In this document: positions 27,231 to 39,117 of the stretch, one piece after another
Position numbering within the stretch: the first letter of the stretch is position 1
How the letters are laid out: each line of letters begins with the position of its first letter
NCBI GenBank assembly: GCA_963707215.1
Contig: CAVPPB010000002.1
Coordinates: 352,001-416,000 of the forward strand
Source of the DNA: an uncultured Chloroflexia bacterium
GTDB lineage: Bacteria; Chloroflexota; Limnocylindria; Limnocylindrales; CSP1-4
Reading direction: 5' to 3'
DNA length: 64,000 nt
Notes under the pieces: model-generated
Seen by the model: the letters and a program-made list of their open reading frames with translations, nothing else
Database searches by the model: none
What the model was told of the DNA's origin: nothing
Position numbers and translations under genes: made by a program

Positions 27231-28966
27231 GATCGGACGAGCTCGGCGGCCAGTCGGGACCCCGTCGTCACCGCCCCCTCCGACGCCGAGCTGACCAGGG
27301 CCGCGTACTTGGCCAGGACGCCCGTCCGGTAGCGAGGCTCGGGTGCCGACCACGCGGCCCGGCGCCGCTCGAGCTCCTCGTCCTCCACGTCGAGGTCGAG
27401 TCGCTTCGCATCGACGTCGATGACGATCCGGTCGCCCTCCGCGACGAGCGCGATCGGCCCTCCGAGCGCCGCTTCCGGCGCGACATGGCCGATCATCAGC
27501 CCATGGGTGCCGCCGGAGAAGCGGCCGTCGGTGAGCAGTGCGACCGAGTTGCCGAGCCCCTCCCCGACGAGCGCCGCGGTGACGCTCAGCATCTCCTGCA
27601 TGCCCGGGCCGCCGACCGGGCCCTCGTTGCGGATGACGACGACGTCGCCCGGGACGATCCGCTGGGCCTTGACCGCCTCGAAGCAGGCCGCCTCCGATTC
27701 GAAGACCCGCGCCGCGCCCTCGTGCCGGCGGCGCTCGTGGCCGGCCAGCTTGACGACGCAGCCGTCCGGCGCCAGCGAGCCACGCAGGATCGTCAGCCCG
27801 CCGACGGGCTTGATGGGGGTCTCGATCGAGACGACGACCTGCTGGCCGGACGCCTCGACGGCCTCGACGGCGATCCGGTCGATCGTCCTGCCGTCGACGG
27901 TCCGGGACCTGCCGTGGAGCAGTCCGCGCTTCAGCAGCTCGCGCACGACGAGGGCGACACCGCCGGCCTCGTACATGTCGGCGGCGGTGTAACGGCCGCC
28001 CGGCTGCATGTCGGCGACGATCGGCGTCCGGTCGGCGATCGCCCCGAACTCGTCGAGCTCGAAGGGGATCCCGAACTCGTGGGCGATGGCCAGCAGATGC
28101 AGGACGCCGTTCGTGCTGCCGCCCGTCGCCGCGACCGACGCGACGGCGTTCTCGAGGGCCTCACGGGTCACGATCGACGACGGCCGGATGTCGTGGCGGA
28201 CGAGCGTCATGGCGAGCTCGCCGGACCGCCGGGCGGCCGTCTCCTTCTCAGGATGCTCGGCCGGGATGCCGTTGAGCCCGGCCGGGCTGAGGCCCAGGAA
28301 CTCGAGCGCGGTCGACATCGTGTTGGCGGTGAACTGGCCGCCGCAGGCGCCCGCACCCGGGCAGGCGGCGTTCTCGACCTCGTAGAGCTCCTCGAGTGAG
28401 ATCTTCCCGGCCCGGTAGGCGCCGACCGCCTCGAAGACGGTGACGATGGTCGCGTCGCGCTTGCCCTTGTAGACCCCCGGGTAGATGGTGCCGTTGTAGA
28501 GGACGAGCCCCGGGATGTCGAGCCGGCCGAGAGCCATGGCGGCGGCCGGGATGGTCTTGTCGCAGCCGACGAGGCAGACCAGCCCGTCGAAGAGGTGGCC
28601 ACGGGCGACGAGCTCGATCGAGTCGGCGATGACCTCGCGGCTGACCAGCGAGGCCTTCATCCCCTCGGTCCCCATCGAGACCCCGTCCGAGACGGCGACG
28701 GTGTTGAACTCCATCGGTGTCCCGCCGGCGGCCCGGATGCCCTCCTTGACCAGCTCGGCGAGCCGGCGCTGGTTGTAGTTGCAGGGCATCGTCTCGATCC
28801 AGGTCGTGGCCACGCCGAGAATGGGCTTGGCCAGGTCGTCGTCGGTGAAGCCGATCGCCTTGAGCATGGCCCGCGCCGGGGCGCGGTCGGGGCCGTCGGT
28901 CAGGGCATGGCTCTTGCGCTTGCCGACGTCGGTGGGGCGGTCGTAGGGCAGCCAGTGGTCGGACAT
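27227..28966 (-). CDS. ilvD: dihydroxy-acid dehydratase
   Basis: [49 protein letters not shown]. Confidence 0.96.
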   Translation of the reverse strand: MSDHWLPYDRPTDVGKRKSHALTDGPDRAPARAMLKAIGFTDDDLAKPILGVATTWIETMPCNYNQRRLAELVKEGIRAAGGTPMEFNTVAVSDGVSMGTEGMKASLVSREVIADSIELVARGHLFDGLVCLVGCDKTIPAAAMALGRLDIPGLVLYNGTIYPGVYKGKRDATIVTVFEAVGAYRAGKISLEELYEVENAACPGAGACGGQFTANTMSTALEFLGLSPAGLNGIPAEHPEKETAARRSGELAMTLVRHDIRPSSIVTREALENAVASVAATGGSTNGVLHLLAIAHEFGIPFELDEFGAIADRTPIVADMQPGGRYTAADMYEAGGVALVVRELLKRGLLHGRSRTVDGRTIDRIAVEAVEASGQQVVVSIETPIKPVGGLTILRGSLAPDGCVVKLAGHERRRHEGAARVFESEAACFEAVKAQRIVPGDVVVIRNEGPVGGPGMQEMLSVTAALVGEGLGNSVALLTDGRFSGGTHGLMIGHVAPEAALGGPIALVAEGDRIVIDVDAKRLDLDVEDEELERRRAAWSAPEPRYRTGVLAKYAALVSSASEGAVTTGSRLAAELVRS

Positions 28967-29110
28967 CGGGATCCTCGCGGCAGCGGGGTCGATCGACAGG
29001 CGACGCCTCGCGTGATCGGTCGACCAGAGTCTAGGCCGACACGGGATGCGGCGGCGGGCCTCGGCCGGCTGGCGGTACCCACGGACCGGCGGGCGGTCGG
29101 CGGTCAGCGA

Positions 29111-29128
29111 TGCGTACACTAGTATGCA
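29111..29128. promoter_or_regulatory. palindromic operator TGCGTAC-N4-GTATGCA (GntR-type candidate)
   Basis: Near-perfect inverted repeat; GTATGCA/TGCATAC half-site recurs in intergenic regions from 29 to 59 kb. Confidence 0.6.
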
Positions 29129-29230
29129 AGCGTCCCGCGGCTGGGCTGCCGGGACATCGAGCCAGGAGGCCATGACGTGACGGTGGGTTGGGCGCACCGG
29201 GGAACCGCCGATCCCGGTCGATGGAGCGGC

Positions 29231-31579
29231 ATGATCGACGCCCGCGACCGGGTGACGGGTCGGATCCCGTACACCATCGATGTCCGCCTGCCGGGGATGC
29301 TCGAGGCGGCCGTCCTGCGCAGTCACCTGCCGCACGCCCGCGTCGTGAGCGTCGACGCGAGCCGGGCCCGTGCGCTCCCGGGAGTCGCCGCGGTCCTGAC
29401 CGGGGCCGACATCCTGGCCCGCGGCGATCTGCGGCCCCGCTTCGGCCCGGTCTTCCGCGATCGCCCGATCCTGGCCTTCGACAAGGTCCGCTACATCGGC
29501 GACCCGGTCGCCGCGGTCGCGGCGGTCGACCGGGACACGGCCCTCGAGGCGATCTCGCTGATCGACGTCGAGTACGAGGAGCTGCCGGCGGTCCTCGACA
29601 TCGACGCTGCCATCGCCGATGGTGCGCCGCTGGTCCATGAGGAGCCGCCCTCCGCCGGCGCGACCTTCGCCGACGTCATCGTCAATGCCTCCGGCGGCAC
29701 CAACATCTGCAATACGTTCCGCCTCCGGCACGGGGACGTCGAGGCCGGCTTCGCCGAGGCCGACGAGGTCTTCGAGGATGTGGTGAGCAGCCCGGCGGTC
29801 CAGCATGTCCCGCTCGAGACACATGCCTGCGTCGCGCGGATCGACGGCGATGGCGTCACGGTCTGGGCCACCAGCCAGATCCCCTTCATGCTGCGGTCGC
29901 AGCTGGCCGAGATCCTGGACCTGCCGGCCTCGAAGGTCCGGGTGATCGTGAACACGCTGGGTGGCGGCTATGGCGCCAAGTGCTACCCCAGCATCGAGCC
30001 GATCGCGGTCGCGTTGGCTCTCGCTTCCCGGCGGCCCGTCCGCCTTCACATCAGCCGCGAGGAGGAGTTCATCACCATCACCAAGCACGGCGTGCAGATC
30101 CGGATGGCGACCGGGGTCATGCGCGACGGGCGGATCGTGGCTCGCAGGGCGACGGGCTGGTTCAACACCGGCGCCTACGCCGACATCGGCCCGCGGCTGA
30201 TCAAGAACGGCGGCTACGGGACCGGCGGCCCGCACCACGTGCCGCATGTCTGGGTCGACTCTCACGCTGTCTACACGAACCTACCCCCGGCCGGAGCCTA
30301 CCGCGGCTACGGGATCAGCCAGGCCGCCTGGGCCTACGAGACCCAGATGGACCTCATCGCCGAGCGGATGGGTTGGGACCCCTACGAGTTCCGGATGCAG
30401 AACCTCCTGCGCAACGGCGAGGCCTTCGCGACCGGTGACGTCATGACCGACGCCCACTTCACCGAGATGCTCGAGGAGGTCGCCGGACGGGTCGGCTGGT
30501 CCTGGCCGGCCGAGGTCGAGCGCGAGGGCAGCAAGGTCCGGGCCAAGGGGCTCTCCTGCATCATCAAGGGCTCGATCACGCCGTCGACCTCGACCGCCGT
30601 GGCGAAGATGAACGACGACGCCACGGTCCAGGTCCTGACCAGCTCGGTCGAGATGGGCCAGGGGCTTCGCTCGGCGATGGCCGTGGTCGCCGCCGAGGCC
30701 CTCGGGATCCGGGTCGAGACCGTGTCGGTCACCACGCCCGACACCGAGTTCACGCCCTACGACCAGCAGACGAGCTCGTCTCGCTCGGCCTTCGCCATGG
30801 GCGGGGCCGTCGAGGCCGCCGCCGGCGAGATCCGCAAGAAGCTGTTGAGACTCGCGGCCGATGAGCTGGAGATCGGTGTCGACGACCTCGAGCTGGCCGA
30901 CGGAGCCGTGGTGGTGAAGGGGTCCCCGGACCGACGGATCGAGTTCGGCGAGCTGATCCGCAGGACGCGCTCCGCCAACCTCGTCGGCGAGGGCCGCCAC
31001 CAGACGTACGGCGGCCTGGACCCGGAGACCGGCCAGGGGATCGCCAGCCCGCATTGGCACCAGGCGGCCGGAGCGGCCGAGGTCGAGGTGGACCTCGAGA
31101 CCGGCAAGGTGGATGTGCTCCGGTACCACGCGGCGGTCTACGCCGGGCGCATCCTCAATCCGGTCCAGTGCGAGCTCCAGACCGAGGGCAACGTCGCCTT
31201 CGGCATCGGCCACGCGCTCCTGGAGGAGATGGTCTTCGACGGCGGGCAGCTGCAGAACGGCAATCTCGGCGACTACATGATCGCGAGTGCCGAGGACATG
31301 CCGCGCGAGCTCACGGTCAGTGTCATGGAGAACCACGAGACGCGCGAGATCCATGGTGTCGGCGAGACGTCGCTCCCGGCCGTGATGCCCGCCATCGCCA
31401 GTGCCGTCGCGAGGGCGACCGGCGTCCGGATCCTGGACCTGCCGATCACCGCGGAGAAGATCCTCCGGGGCATCCGCGAACGGGAGGGGTCGTCCGGCTC
31501 GGGGTCGTCGCAGGGTGGCGAGGTCCGGCCCGGGGACGATCGTCGGCCCGGCGGTGGAATCGGCTCCGAGGCCAGCTGA
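29231..31579 (+). CDS. xanthine dehydrogenase family molybdopterin-binding (large) subunit
   Basis: [25 protein letters not shown]-terminal GVGE. Confidence 0.93.
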   Translation: MIDARDRVTGRIPYTIDVRLPGMLEAAVLRSHLPHARVVSVDASRARALPGVAAVLTGADILARGDLRPRFGPVFRDRPILAFDKVRYIGDPVAAVAAVDRDTALEAISLIDVEYEELPAVLDIDAAIADGAPLVHEEPPSAGATFADVIVNASGGTNICNTFRLRHGDVEAGFAEADEVFEDVVSSPAVQHVPLETHACVARIDGDGVTVWATSQIPFMLRSQLAEILDLPASKVRVIVNTLGGGYGAKCYPSIEPIAVALALASRRPVRLHISREEEFITITKHGVQIRMATGVMRDGRIVARRATGWFNTGAYADIGPRLIKNGGYGTGGPHHVPHVWVDSHAVYTNLPPAGAYRGYGISQAAWAYETQMDLIAERMGWDPYEFRMQNLLRNGEAFATGDVMTDAHFTEMLEEVAGRVGWSWPAEVEREGSKVRAKGLSCIIKGSITPSTSTAVAKMNDDATVQVLTSSVEMGQGLRSAMAVVAAEALGIRVETVSVTTPDTEFTPYDQQTSSSRSAFAMGGAVEAAAGEIRKKLLRLAADELEIGVDDLELADGAVVVKGSPDRRIEFGELIRRTRSANLVGEGRHQTYGGLDPETGQGIASPHWHQAAGAAEVEVDLETGKVDVLRYHAAVYAGRILNPVQCELQTEGNVAFGIGHALLEEMVFDGGQLQNGNLGDYMIASAEDMPRELTVSVMENHETREIHGVGETSLPAVMPAIASAVARATGVRILDLPITAEKILRGIREREGSSGSGSSQGGEVRPGDDRRPGGGIGSEAS

Positions 31580-31581
31580 CG

Positions 31582-32556
31582 ATGCCGACGCGTCTGCCCC
31601 TCACGCTCGCCTGCGGGGACTACGACGTCAATCGCGGCCTCATCGACGGCGACGTCATCCCGCAGGGCGTCGACCTGACCGTCCTGACCTATCCGTCACC
31701 CCAGCGCCACTGGCGCATGGCCCGTGACCTGGAGTTCGATGTCTGCGAGTTCTCGCTCGCCTCGTACCTGGTGATCCACGGGCGAGGCGAACCGGCACTG
31801 ACCGCCATCCCGGCCTTCCCGCATCGCCGGTTCCGCCACGGCTACGTCCTGGTCAACGCCGACGCCGGGATCGACCGGCCGAAGGACCTCGAGGGTCGCC
31901 GGATCGGCATCAGGACCTGGCAGACGACGGCGGGCCTCTGGATGCGGGGGATCCTCCAGGACGACCACGACGTCGACCTCCGGTCGATCGAGTGGGTGGC
32001 CCAGGACGAGGAGGACATCGCCCTCGAGCATGCCGGTGGCTTCCGGATCGTCCGGGCCCCGGCCGGCCGGACCGTCACCGAGCTGGTCGTCGCCGGGGAG
32101 CTGGACGCGCTCATCTACCCGGACATGCCGGACCCGCGCGCGCTCGGGGACCGGGTGGTCCCACTCTTCCCGGACGCCAAGCAGGTCGAGATGGAATACG
32201 CCCGTCGGACCGGGTTCTTCCCGCTCATGCACACCGTCGTCCTGCGCCGGGAGCTGGACGAGGCCCACCCGTGGGTAGCCCGCGAGCTCCTGGCCGCTTT
32301 CGTCACCTCCAAGGACCGGGCGTTCGAAAGGATGGGGGATCCGCGTCGGGTCAGCCTGGCATGGCTGCGGGAGGCGCTCGAGGAGCAGCGGCGGGTCCTG
32401 GGTCCGGACCCATGGGCCTATGGACTGCGTCCGAACCGACGGGCGCTCGAGACGATGATCCGCTGGGCGGCCGAGCAGGGCCTGATCGCCGCAAGGTTCG
32501 AGCCCGAGTCGCTCTTCACCCCAACGACCCGCGAGGATCTCCCGGCATACGTCTGA
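31582..32556 (+). CDS. 4,5-dihydroxyphthalate decarboxylase-like (PBP2-fold) protein
   Basis: LTLACGDYD, FDVCEFS, FPHRRFRH, GLWMRGIL, FPLMH, DPWAYG.PNR. Confidence 0.8.
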   Translation: MPTRLPLTLACGDYDVNRGLIDGDVIPQGVDLTVLTYPSPQRHWRMARDLEFDVCEFSLASYLVIHGRGEPALTAIPAFPHRRFRHGYVLVNADAGIDRPKDLEGRRIGIRTWQTTAGLWMRGILQDDHDVDLRSIEWVAQDEEDIALEHAGGFRIVRAPAGRTVTELVVAGELDALIYPDMPDPRALGDRVVPLFPDAKQVEMEYARRTGFFPLMHTVVLRRELDEAHPWVARELLAAFVTSKDRAFERMGDPRRVSLAWLREALEEQRRVLGPDPWAYGLRPNRRALETMIRWAAEQGLIAARFEPESLFTPTTREDLPAYV

Positions 32557-32600
32557 GCCCGGGCCGCCCCGGCTCCCGGTGGCCGGCCCCGGGCCTCTCG

Positions 32601-34346
32601 TCAGCGGTGAGCGCAGACGACATCGACCAGCGCTGGTCGCTGCTCCTCCAGGACCACCCGGGCGGCTCGTCGGATGGCATCGCCGATGGCATCGGGCCCC
32701 TCGATCGGTCCCTCGGCATACCAATCGAAGCCACGGGCGATCGTGGCGAAGTCGGGGGCCGGATCGTCGATGGCGACCCCGACGTGGGCCCTGGCGAGGT
32801 CGGTGCCGCGGGCCCGGGCCATCCGGATCTGGTGCTCCCAGTCGTTGAAGTAGGCGCGGTTGTCGTACATCACGACGAGCATCGGGATCCGGTGGGCCGA
32901 GGCCACCCAAAGAGCCCCGACGTCGAACATCAGGTCGCCGTCGGGCTGGAGGTCGACGACCAGTCGACCGCTGCCCTTGTGGGCGAGCGCGACGCCGAGC
33001 GAGATCCCGATCTGGGTCGCCGTCCCCTGGCTCCGCCCGGCGTGGCGGTAGCTCCGATCGACGTCCCAGAGTCGAAGCGCCCACTCGCTGGCGGTGCCGG
33101 CCGTGAGGACCCAGTCATGCTCCCGGATCGCCTCCCAGGTCTCGGCTGCCAGGCGCGGTGGGGAGACCGGTCGCTCGTCCCAGCGGCGCCGGGCCGTGGC
33201 CGCCCATCCCGCCCGCGCAGTCGCATGGAGGTCGGCCAGGGCCACCCGACGGGCTTCGCGTTCGGCGGCCCGGCGTTCGCCCTCGGCGGCGATCCGTGCT
33301 GCGACCGACTCGGCCAGTGCAGGCAGCGCGATCGAGCTGTCGGCGATCAGCCTCAGGTCCATCGGGACGGCGGGACCCACGTCGTGGACCCACGAGGAGA
33401 CCTGGAGGTCGTCGAAGCCGAGGCTCACGACCCTGGCGTCGGGGTGGAGCCTCGACCTCGACTCACGGGCGGGCGGGTCGGTGGTCAGCAGGACGCGTGA
33501 CACGTCGCGCATGTCGAGCAGCAGGACCAGATCGGCCTCGCCGATGGCGTCCGTCCCGGTCACGTTCAGGCGATGGGTGCTCGGGACGCTCAGGCGGTCG
33601 TTCGTGTCGATCAGGCCCGCGCCGAGCGTCTCCGCCAGGCGGGGGAGCAGCTCGAAGACGGCCGGATCGCGGCCGGCGAACCCGGACACGATGATCGGTC
33701 GGCTGGCGCCGACGAGCAGGGTCGCCAGCTCCTCGAGGGCGGCCGGGTCGACCCCGATGGGCCTCGCGGGGCCCTGTCGACCCCAGTCGACCGCCGGGAC
33801 CGGGCCATCGAGGGGGCGCTCCTGGAGGTCCGCGTCGAGGGCCAGGTAGACGGGCCCCGTCGGCTCGGCCAGGGCGAGCGAGCGGGCCCGAGCGAAGGCG
33901 GCCGGCATCGCCTCGATCGAGGCCGGCTGGTCATCCCACTTGGTGTACTCCCGGACCGCCGACCCCTGGATGTTGGTGGTGTGGATCCAGTCGATCCACG
34001 GTCGACGTCGGGCCGTGTCCATGGGGCCCGCGCCGCCCAGGACGAGCACCGGGGCGCGGTCCAGGTAGGCCGTGAAGATGCCCAGCGTCCCGTGGAGCAG
34101 CCCGACCGTGTCGTGGAGGATCGCCGCCATCGGCTCATGCGCCGCCTTGGCGTAGCCGTGGGCGATGTTGACGGCCAGCTTCTCGTGGGGGACCAGGATC
34201 ATCTCGGGGGCACCGGCGCGGTTGACGAGGGAGTCGTGAAGCCCCCGGAAGCTGGCTCCCGGGTTCAGGGCCACGTAGCGGATCCCCTGGCCGGCGAGAA
34301 GGTCGACCATCACGTCGGATCCGTATCGCGGGGCGTCGGGTTCCAT
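32601..34346 (-). CDS. thiamine-diphosphate-dependent enzyme (ALS/benzoylformate decarboxylase superfamily)
   Basis: NPGASFRGLHDS, HE..A..IAHGYAK, ThDP motif DGDLMF...DNR. Confidence 0.9.
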   Translation of the reverse strand: MEPDAPRYGSDVMVDLLAGQGIRYVALNPGASFRGLHDSLVNRAGAPEMILVPHEKLAVNIAHGYAKAAHEPMAAILHDTVGLLHGTLGIFTAYLDRAPVLVLGGAGPMDTARRRPWIDWIHTTNIQGSAVREYTKWDDQPASIEAMPAAFARARSLALAEPTGPVYLALDADLQERPLDGPVPAVDWGRQGPARPIGVDPAALEELATLLVGASRPIIVSGFAGRDPAVFELLPRLAETLGAGLIDTNDRLSVPSTHRLNVTGTDAIGEADLVLLLDMRDVSRVLLTTDPPARESRSRLHPDARVVSLGFDDLQVSSWVHDVGPAVPMDLRLIADSSIALPALAESVAARIAAEGERRAAEREARRVALADLHATARAGWAATARRRWDERPVSPPRLAAETWEAIREHDWVLTAGTASEWALRLWDVDRSYRHAGRSQGTATQIGISLGVALAHKGSGRLVVDLQPDGDLMFDVGALWVASAHRIPMLVVMYDNRAYFNDWEHQIRMARARGTDLARAHVGVAIDDPAPDFATIARGFDWYAEGPIEGPDAIGDAIRRAARVVLEEQRPALVDVVCAHR

Positions 34347-34408
34347 GGCGGTCGAGGCCCTCGTTCGGACGGTTGGTGTACCGCTGCATACGCTACCATG
34401 GCGCGGTC

Positions 34409-34966
34409 ATGCGACCGACGCCGCAGCGGCACATCCAGATAGCGATCGAGGTCAACGGACAGGCGGTCGAGCGGACCGTGCCGACCGACCTGCGCCTCAT
34501 CGACCTCCTGCGCGACGATCTAGAGCTGACCGGGACCAAGGAGGGTTGCGCGGTCGGTGTCTGCGGCGCCTGCACCGTCCTCCTCGATGGCCAGCCGGTC
34601 TCGGCATGTCTGCTCCTGGCCGTCCAGGTGGATGGGCGTCGGCTTGCCACGATCGAGGGACTCCGCGCGGAGGACGGGACGCTGACCCCGGTCCAGGCCG
34701 CCTTCATCCGCCACGGCGGCTTCCAGTGCGGGATCTGCACGCCGGGCCAGGTGATGGCCGCCTCGGCCCTCCTCGCCGAGGACCCGACCCCGGATGACGA
34801 TCGGATCCGCGAGTGGATGACCGGCAACCTCTGCCGCTGCACCGGCTACTACGGCATCGTCGCCTCGATCCGTGCCGCCGCCGGGCTGCCACCCCAGCCG
34901 TCGCTCCGGCCGCCAGGACCTGTCGCGCCCCGGGATCCGTCGACGGATGAGAGGGCGGCTGGGTGA
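34409..34966 (+). CDS. Mo-hydroxylase 2Fe-2S (small) subunit
   Basis: GCAVGVCGACT, QCGICTPG, NLCRCTGY. Confidence 0.95.
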   Translation: MRPTPQRHIQIAIEVNGQAVERTVPTDLRLIDLLRDDLELTGTKEGCAVGVCGACTVLLDGQPVSACLLLAVQVDGRRLATIEGLRAEDGTLTPVQAAFIRHGGFQCGICTPGQVMAASALLAEDPTPDDDRIREWMTGNLCRCTGYYGIVASIRAAAGLPPQPSLRPPGPVAPRDPSTDERAAG

Positions 34967-35832
34967 GCGGCTTCCGCTACGAGCGCCCCGGAGACCTGGA
35001 GGCAGCACTCGGGCTCCTGGAACGTCACGGTGACGAAGCGCACCTGCTGGCGGGTGGGACGTCGTTCATGCTCCTGTACCGCCAGGGCCTGATCGACCCG
35101 GAGGTGGTCGTCGACCTGGCCGGCGTCGAGTCCCTTCGTGGCATCCGGCGACTCGATGACGGGTCGGTCGAGGTCGGAGCGCTCTGCAGCCTCCGCGAGA
35201 TCGAGACCGACGAGCTCCTCGGCTCGGCCCTGCCGGTCCTCGCCCGGACGGTGGCCCGGGTCGCCACGATCCGCATCCGCAACCAGGCCACCATCGGCGG
35301 GAACCTCGTCCACGCCGATCCGGCCCAGGACCCGCCACCGGTACTGCTGACCCTCGATGCTTCCGTGGTCGTCCGGGGCCCGACCGGTGAGCGGATCCTG
35401 CCGCTCCATGGGTTCTTCGTCGACGTCTTCGAGACGGTCGTCGAGCCCGGTGAGATCGTCACCGCGATCCGGGTTCCCCTCCCGCCGCCCGGGAGCCGGC
35501 TCGGCTACCGCAAGTTCCTGCCGCGGACCGTGGACGACTACGCCACGGTCAGCGTGGCCGGTCGGCTGGACGTCGATCCCGACGGCACGATCAGCGACGC
35601 CCGCCTGTTCCTCGGGGCGGTCGGACCGACGCCGATCCGGGCGACCGCCGCAGAGGATGCCGTGCGCGGCGCTCGGGTCGCCGACCTCGATCCGGCGATC
35701 GTCGGCCCGCTCGTCATCGGATCCGTCGATCCGGTCGACGACGTTCGCGGTTCGGCTGACTACAAGCGCGAGATGGCGGCGGTCTGGGCGGTCCGGCTGG
35801 TGGGTTCACTGTGCTCGGAGAACCCGGCGTGA
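34963..35832 (+). CDS. Mo-hydroxylase FAD-binding (medium) subunit
   Basis: LAGGT, IRNQATIGGNL, DDVRGSADYK. Confidence 0.93.
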   Translation: MSGFRYERPGDLEAALGLLERHGDEAHLLAGGTSFMLLYRQGLIDPEVVVDLAGVESLRGIRRLDDGSVEVGALCSLREIETDELLGSALPVLARTVARVATIRIRNQATIGGNLVHADPAQDPPPVLLTLDASVVVRGPTGERILPLHGFFVDVFETVVEPGEIVTAIRVPLPPPGSRLGYRKFLPRTVDDYATVSVAGRLDVDPDGTISDARLFLGAVGPTPIRATAAEDAVRGARVADLDPAIVGPLVIGSVDPVDDVRGSADYKREMAAVWAVRLVGSLCSENPA

Positions 35833-38126
35833 GCACGTCCCGACCGGCGCCGGATGCCGGGACCCTGGAGGCCCTCCGTCGCCCCGAGGAACGGATCGAG
35901 GGCCGGGCGAAGGTGACCGGCGCGGCGCGCTACGCTGCCGATCGCCTCCCGGCGGGCGCCCTGTGGGCCCGGTTCATGGGCAGCCCGCTGCCCCATGCCC
36001 GCATCCGGTCGATCGACGCGAGCCGCGCCCGGGCCATGCCGGGCGTCCACGCCGTCCTGACCGGCGAGGATCTCCGGGGCATCCGGTTCGGACGCCGACT
36101 GCAGGACCGCCCGCTGCTCGCCTGGGACCGTGTCCTGTTCGTCGGGGACCGGCTGGCCGCGGTCGCGGCGGAAACGCCGGAGCAGGCCGAGGCCGCCCTT
36201 GCCGAGATCGAGGTCGATCTCGAGGAGCTGCCGCCTATCCTCGACCTCCGTGACGCACAGGACGACGACGCCCCGGTACTCCACCCGGAGGCTGCCGAGT
36301 ACCGCTACCTCGACGGTGAGCGGCCCGCGGTGCCGCATCCCAACGTCCAGGGACGCCTGACCGTCGACCGCGGAGCCGAGGACCTCGACGCCGTCTTCGC
36401 CGGCGCGGCGGAGATCCACGAGCATCGCTTCTCAACGCCGCGCCAGCACGCCGCCTACATCGAGCCGCACGCAACGGCGGTCTGGATCGATGGGGACGGG
36501 GTCGTCCACGTCATCACCACGAACAAGGCGCCGTACACCCTCCGCAAGCAGATGGCCGCGGCGCTCGACCTGCCGGCTGACCGGATCATCGTCGACGCCG
36601 AGTACATCGGGGGCGACTTCGGCGGCAAGGGCTACTCGATCGACGAGTACGGTTGCTGGGCCCTGGCCAGGGCGACCGGGCGGCCGGTCCGATCGATCAC
36701 CCGCTACGCCGATGAGCTCGGCGCCCTCAACGTGCGGCACGCCTCGGAGATCCGCCTGCGGACGGCGCTCGATGCCGACGGTCGCCTCCTGGCTCACGAG
36801 GCCGTTGTGATCCTCGACGGCGGAGCGTACGCCTCCGCCAAGCCGCTGCCCCACCTGGCCCTGGCCGGCGCCATCGCCAGCCTGGCCGCGTATCGGGTCC
36901 CGAATGCCCGGATCGACGTCCGGACCGTCTACACGAACACCGTCCCCGGCGGCCACATGCGGACCCCCGGCGAGGTGCAGGCGCTCTTCGCAGGGGAGTC
37001 TCATCTCGACGGGATCGCCCGGGCCCGGGGCGAGGACCCGCTGGCCTTCCGCCTGCGCAATGCGGTCACGACCGGCGACGAGGGTGCCGGCGGCCAGCGC
37101 TTCCGGGAGGCGCGCGCGGTCGAGGTCCTGGAGGCCGTGCGGGATGCGCTGCCCTGGGATCGGCCGCTGCCGCCGGACCACGGCCGAGGCGTCGCCCTGA
37201 GTGCCCGTCACGTCGGTGGCGGGAAGATGCCCCTGGCCCTCGTCCTCTCGGCCGACGGCCGCATCGAGGTCCTGACCGGGCTGGCTGACCAGGGTGGCGG
37301 TGCCTGGACGGTCATCGAGCGCGTGCTGGCCGCCTCGCTATCGCTTGACGAGGCTCGGATCACCGTCCGTCACGTTCCGACCAGCGAGTCACCCTTCGAT
37401 CCCGGGATCGGCGGGAGCCGGGTCACGCACATCGCGAGCCGCTCGGCGGAGCTCCTCGCCGACCAGCTCCGCGAGTGGTTGGACGAGCGTCTTCCGGCGG
37501 CGCTCCCGGGCGCGCGGGATGGGGTCGTCCTGCGCGGTGAGCGCTTCGTCGACCGGACGACGGGCACCACCCTCGCGACCTTCGACGAGGTCGTGGCCCT
37601 GGTCGTCCGTCCCGACGAGCCGGTCCGGCTCTCGGCGACCTACGTGACCGAAGCCCACGGCGAGGACGAGGGCGGCGACTATGACTTCGGGGCGTGCGCG
37701 GTCGTCGTCCACGTGGACCGCGCGACGGGCGAGGTCCGTGTCATCGATGCGCTCCTGGTCGCCGACGTCGGGACGATCATCAACCCGGTCGCGCACCGAG
37801 GGCAGCTGGAGGGTGGGTTCATCTTCGGTCTCGGCGGCGCGCTCATGGAGGAGCTCGTCATGGATGGTGGAGCCGTGACGACCCTCAGCCTCGCCGACAT
37901 GAAGATCCCGTCGATCGGGGACGTGCCGCCCCTCCGCGTGGTGGAGTTGCCGACGACCATCGGGCCAGGGGCGTTCGGCGCCAAGATGGCCGGCGAGCTG
38001 ACCAATGCGCCGGTGGCGCCGGCGATCGCCAATGCCGTTGCCGACGCCATCGGGGTCCGCATCGTCGACCTGCCGATCAGCGCCGAGCGGGTCCACCGGG
38101 CGCTTCGGGAGTCCGGGCGCCACTGA
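35829..38126 (+). CDS. xanthine dehydrogenase family molybdopterin-binding (large) subunit
   Basis: KVTGAARY, IGGDFGGK, DQGGG, GQLEGG, GAKMAGE. Confidence 0.92.
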   Translation: MSTSRPAPDAGTLEALRRPEERIEGRAKVTGAARYAADRLPAGALWARFMGSPLPHARIRSIDASRARAMPGVHAVLTGEDLRGIRFGRRLQDRPLLAWDRVLFVGDRLAAVAAETPEQAEAALAEIEVDLEELPPILDLRDAQDDDAPVLHPEAAEYRYLDGERPAVPHPNVQGRLTVDRGAEDLDAVFAGAAEIHEHRFSTPRQHAAYIEPHATAVWIDGDGVVHVITTNKAPYTLRKQMAAALDLPADRIIVDAEYIGGDFGGKGYSIDEYGCWALARATGRPVRSITRYADELGALNVRHASEIRLRTALDADGRLLAHEAVVILDGGAYASAKPLPHLALAGAIASLAAYRVPNARIDVRTVYTNTVPGGHMRTPGEVQALFAGESHLDGIARARGEDPLAFRLRNAVTTGDEGAGGQRFREARAVEVLEAVRDALPWDRPLPPDHGRGVALSARHVGGGKMPLALVLSADGRIEVLTGLADQGGGAWTVIERVLAASLSLDEARITVRHVPTSESPFDPGIGGSRVTHIASRSAELLADQLREWLDERLPAALPGARDGVVLRGERFVDRTTGTTLATFDEVVALVVRPDEPVRLSATYVTEAHGEDEGGDYDFGACAVVVHVDRATGEVRVIDALLVADVGTIINPVAHRGQLEGGFIFGLGGALMEELVMDGGAVTTLSLADMKIPSIGDVPPLRVVELPTTIGPGAFGAKMAGELTNAPVAPAIANAVADAIGVRIVDLPISAERVHRALRESGRH

Positions 38127-38174
38127 CGCGGCCGGCGCCGGCCGGCGGCAGGCGTCCCGTGCCGGTCCCGACGA

Positions 38175-38852
38175 TCAGCCCTCGCTGTCCTTCGTTCGCC
38201 GGGAGCGCCGCCGCTGCTCCGGACCCTCCCAGCGTGGTGCCATCCGATGGTCGGTCCGGATCCCAAGGGTGTCGATCAACCGAGCGACCGTGTGGTCGAT
38301 CAGCTGGTCGATCGAGGTCGGGCGATTGTAGAAGGCCGGCGCAGGCGGGAAGATCGTCGCCCCGATCTCGCACGCCTGGACCATCAGCCGAAGATGTCCG
38401 AGGTGGAGCGGGGCTTCCCGGGGCACGAGCACCAGCGGGCGCCGTTCCTTGAGGGTGACGTCGGCGGCGCGTTCGATCAGGTTGTCGCTCGTCGACAGGG
38501 CGATCCCGGACAACGTGCCCATGGAGCAGGGGACCACGATCATCGCGTCGATCGGGAACGAGCCGCTGGAGATCGACGCGGCGATGTCCCCGAAGCGGTA
38601 GCTGACCGAGGCCAGGGCTTCCACGTCACCTGGATCGCGGTCGGTCTCGAGCTGGATCGTCTGGCGGGCGGCTGCGCTCAGGACGAGGTGCGTCTCGACG
38701 TCCTCGAGCTCGGCGAGCGTCTCCAGGAGGCGGATGCCGTAGACGACGCCGCTGGCGCCGGACATCCCGACGACGAGGCGGAACGGCTCGAGCGGACCAC
38801 GGGTGTGTCGAGCCATCGGGCGGCTCGCTGGTCGGGGCTTCTCCTCGGGCAT
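38175..38852 (-). CDS. ubiX: flavin prenyltransferase
   Basis: GMSGASG, ISSGSF, PCSMGTL, RAADVTLKERRPLVLVPRE, PAFY. Confidence 0.94.
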   Translation of the reverse strand: MPEEKPRPASRPMARHTRGPLEPFRLVVGMSGASGVVYGIRLLETLAELEDVETHLVLSAAARQTIQLETDRDPGDVEALASVSYRFGDIAASISSGSFPIDAMIVVPCSMGTLSGIALSTSDNLIERAADVTLKERRPLVLVPREAPLHLGHLRLMVQACEIGATIFPPAPAFYNRPTSIDQLIDHTVARLIDTLGIRTDHRMAPRWEGPEQRRRSRRTKDSEG

Positions 38853-39117
38853 GTCTCGATCCTATCCGTCCACACACGAACCTGCGCGGCCGCTGGTGGC
38901 CGATCCACCGGTAGGGACCCGCATTTGCCGGTTGCCAGCCGGCAAGGCTCCATGGTACACATGGTGCGCTGACGAGTGCGACGGTATGCAGCGCTGCGAT
39001 TCGACTGCGTCCGCCGTGCCCGCGAGGAACTCCGGCCGTCGGCCGATCCTCGGGCGGCGGGGAAGGGACCCATCGCTCGATCGCGTCGACCTTCGTCCGG
39101 ACGAGGAGGAGCGTCTC

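Noticed and set aside
28967-29230. Island boundary as an integration site
   Set aside because: No tRNA, integrase, direct repeat or obvious compositional shift is visible
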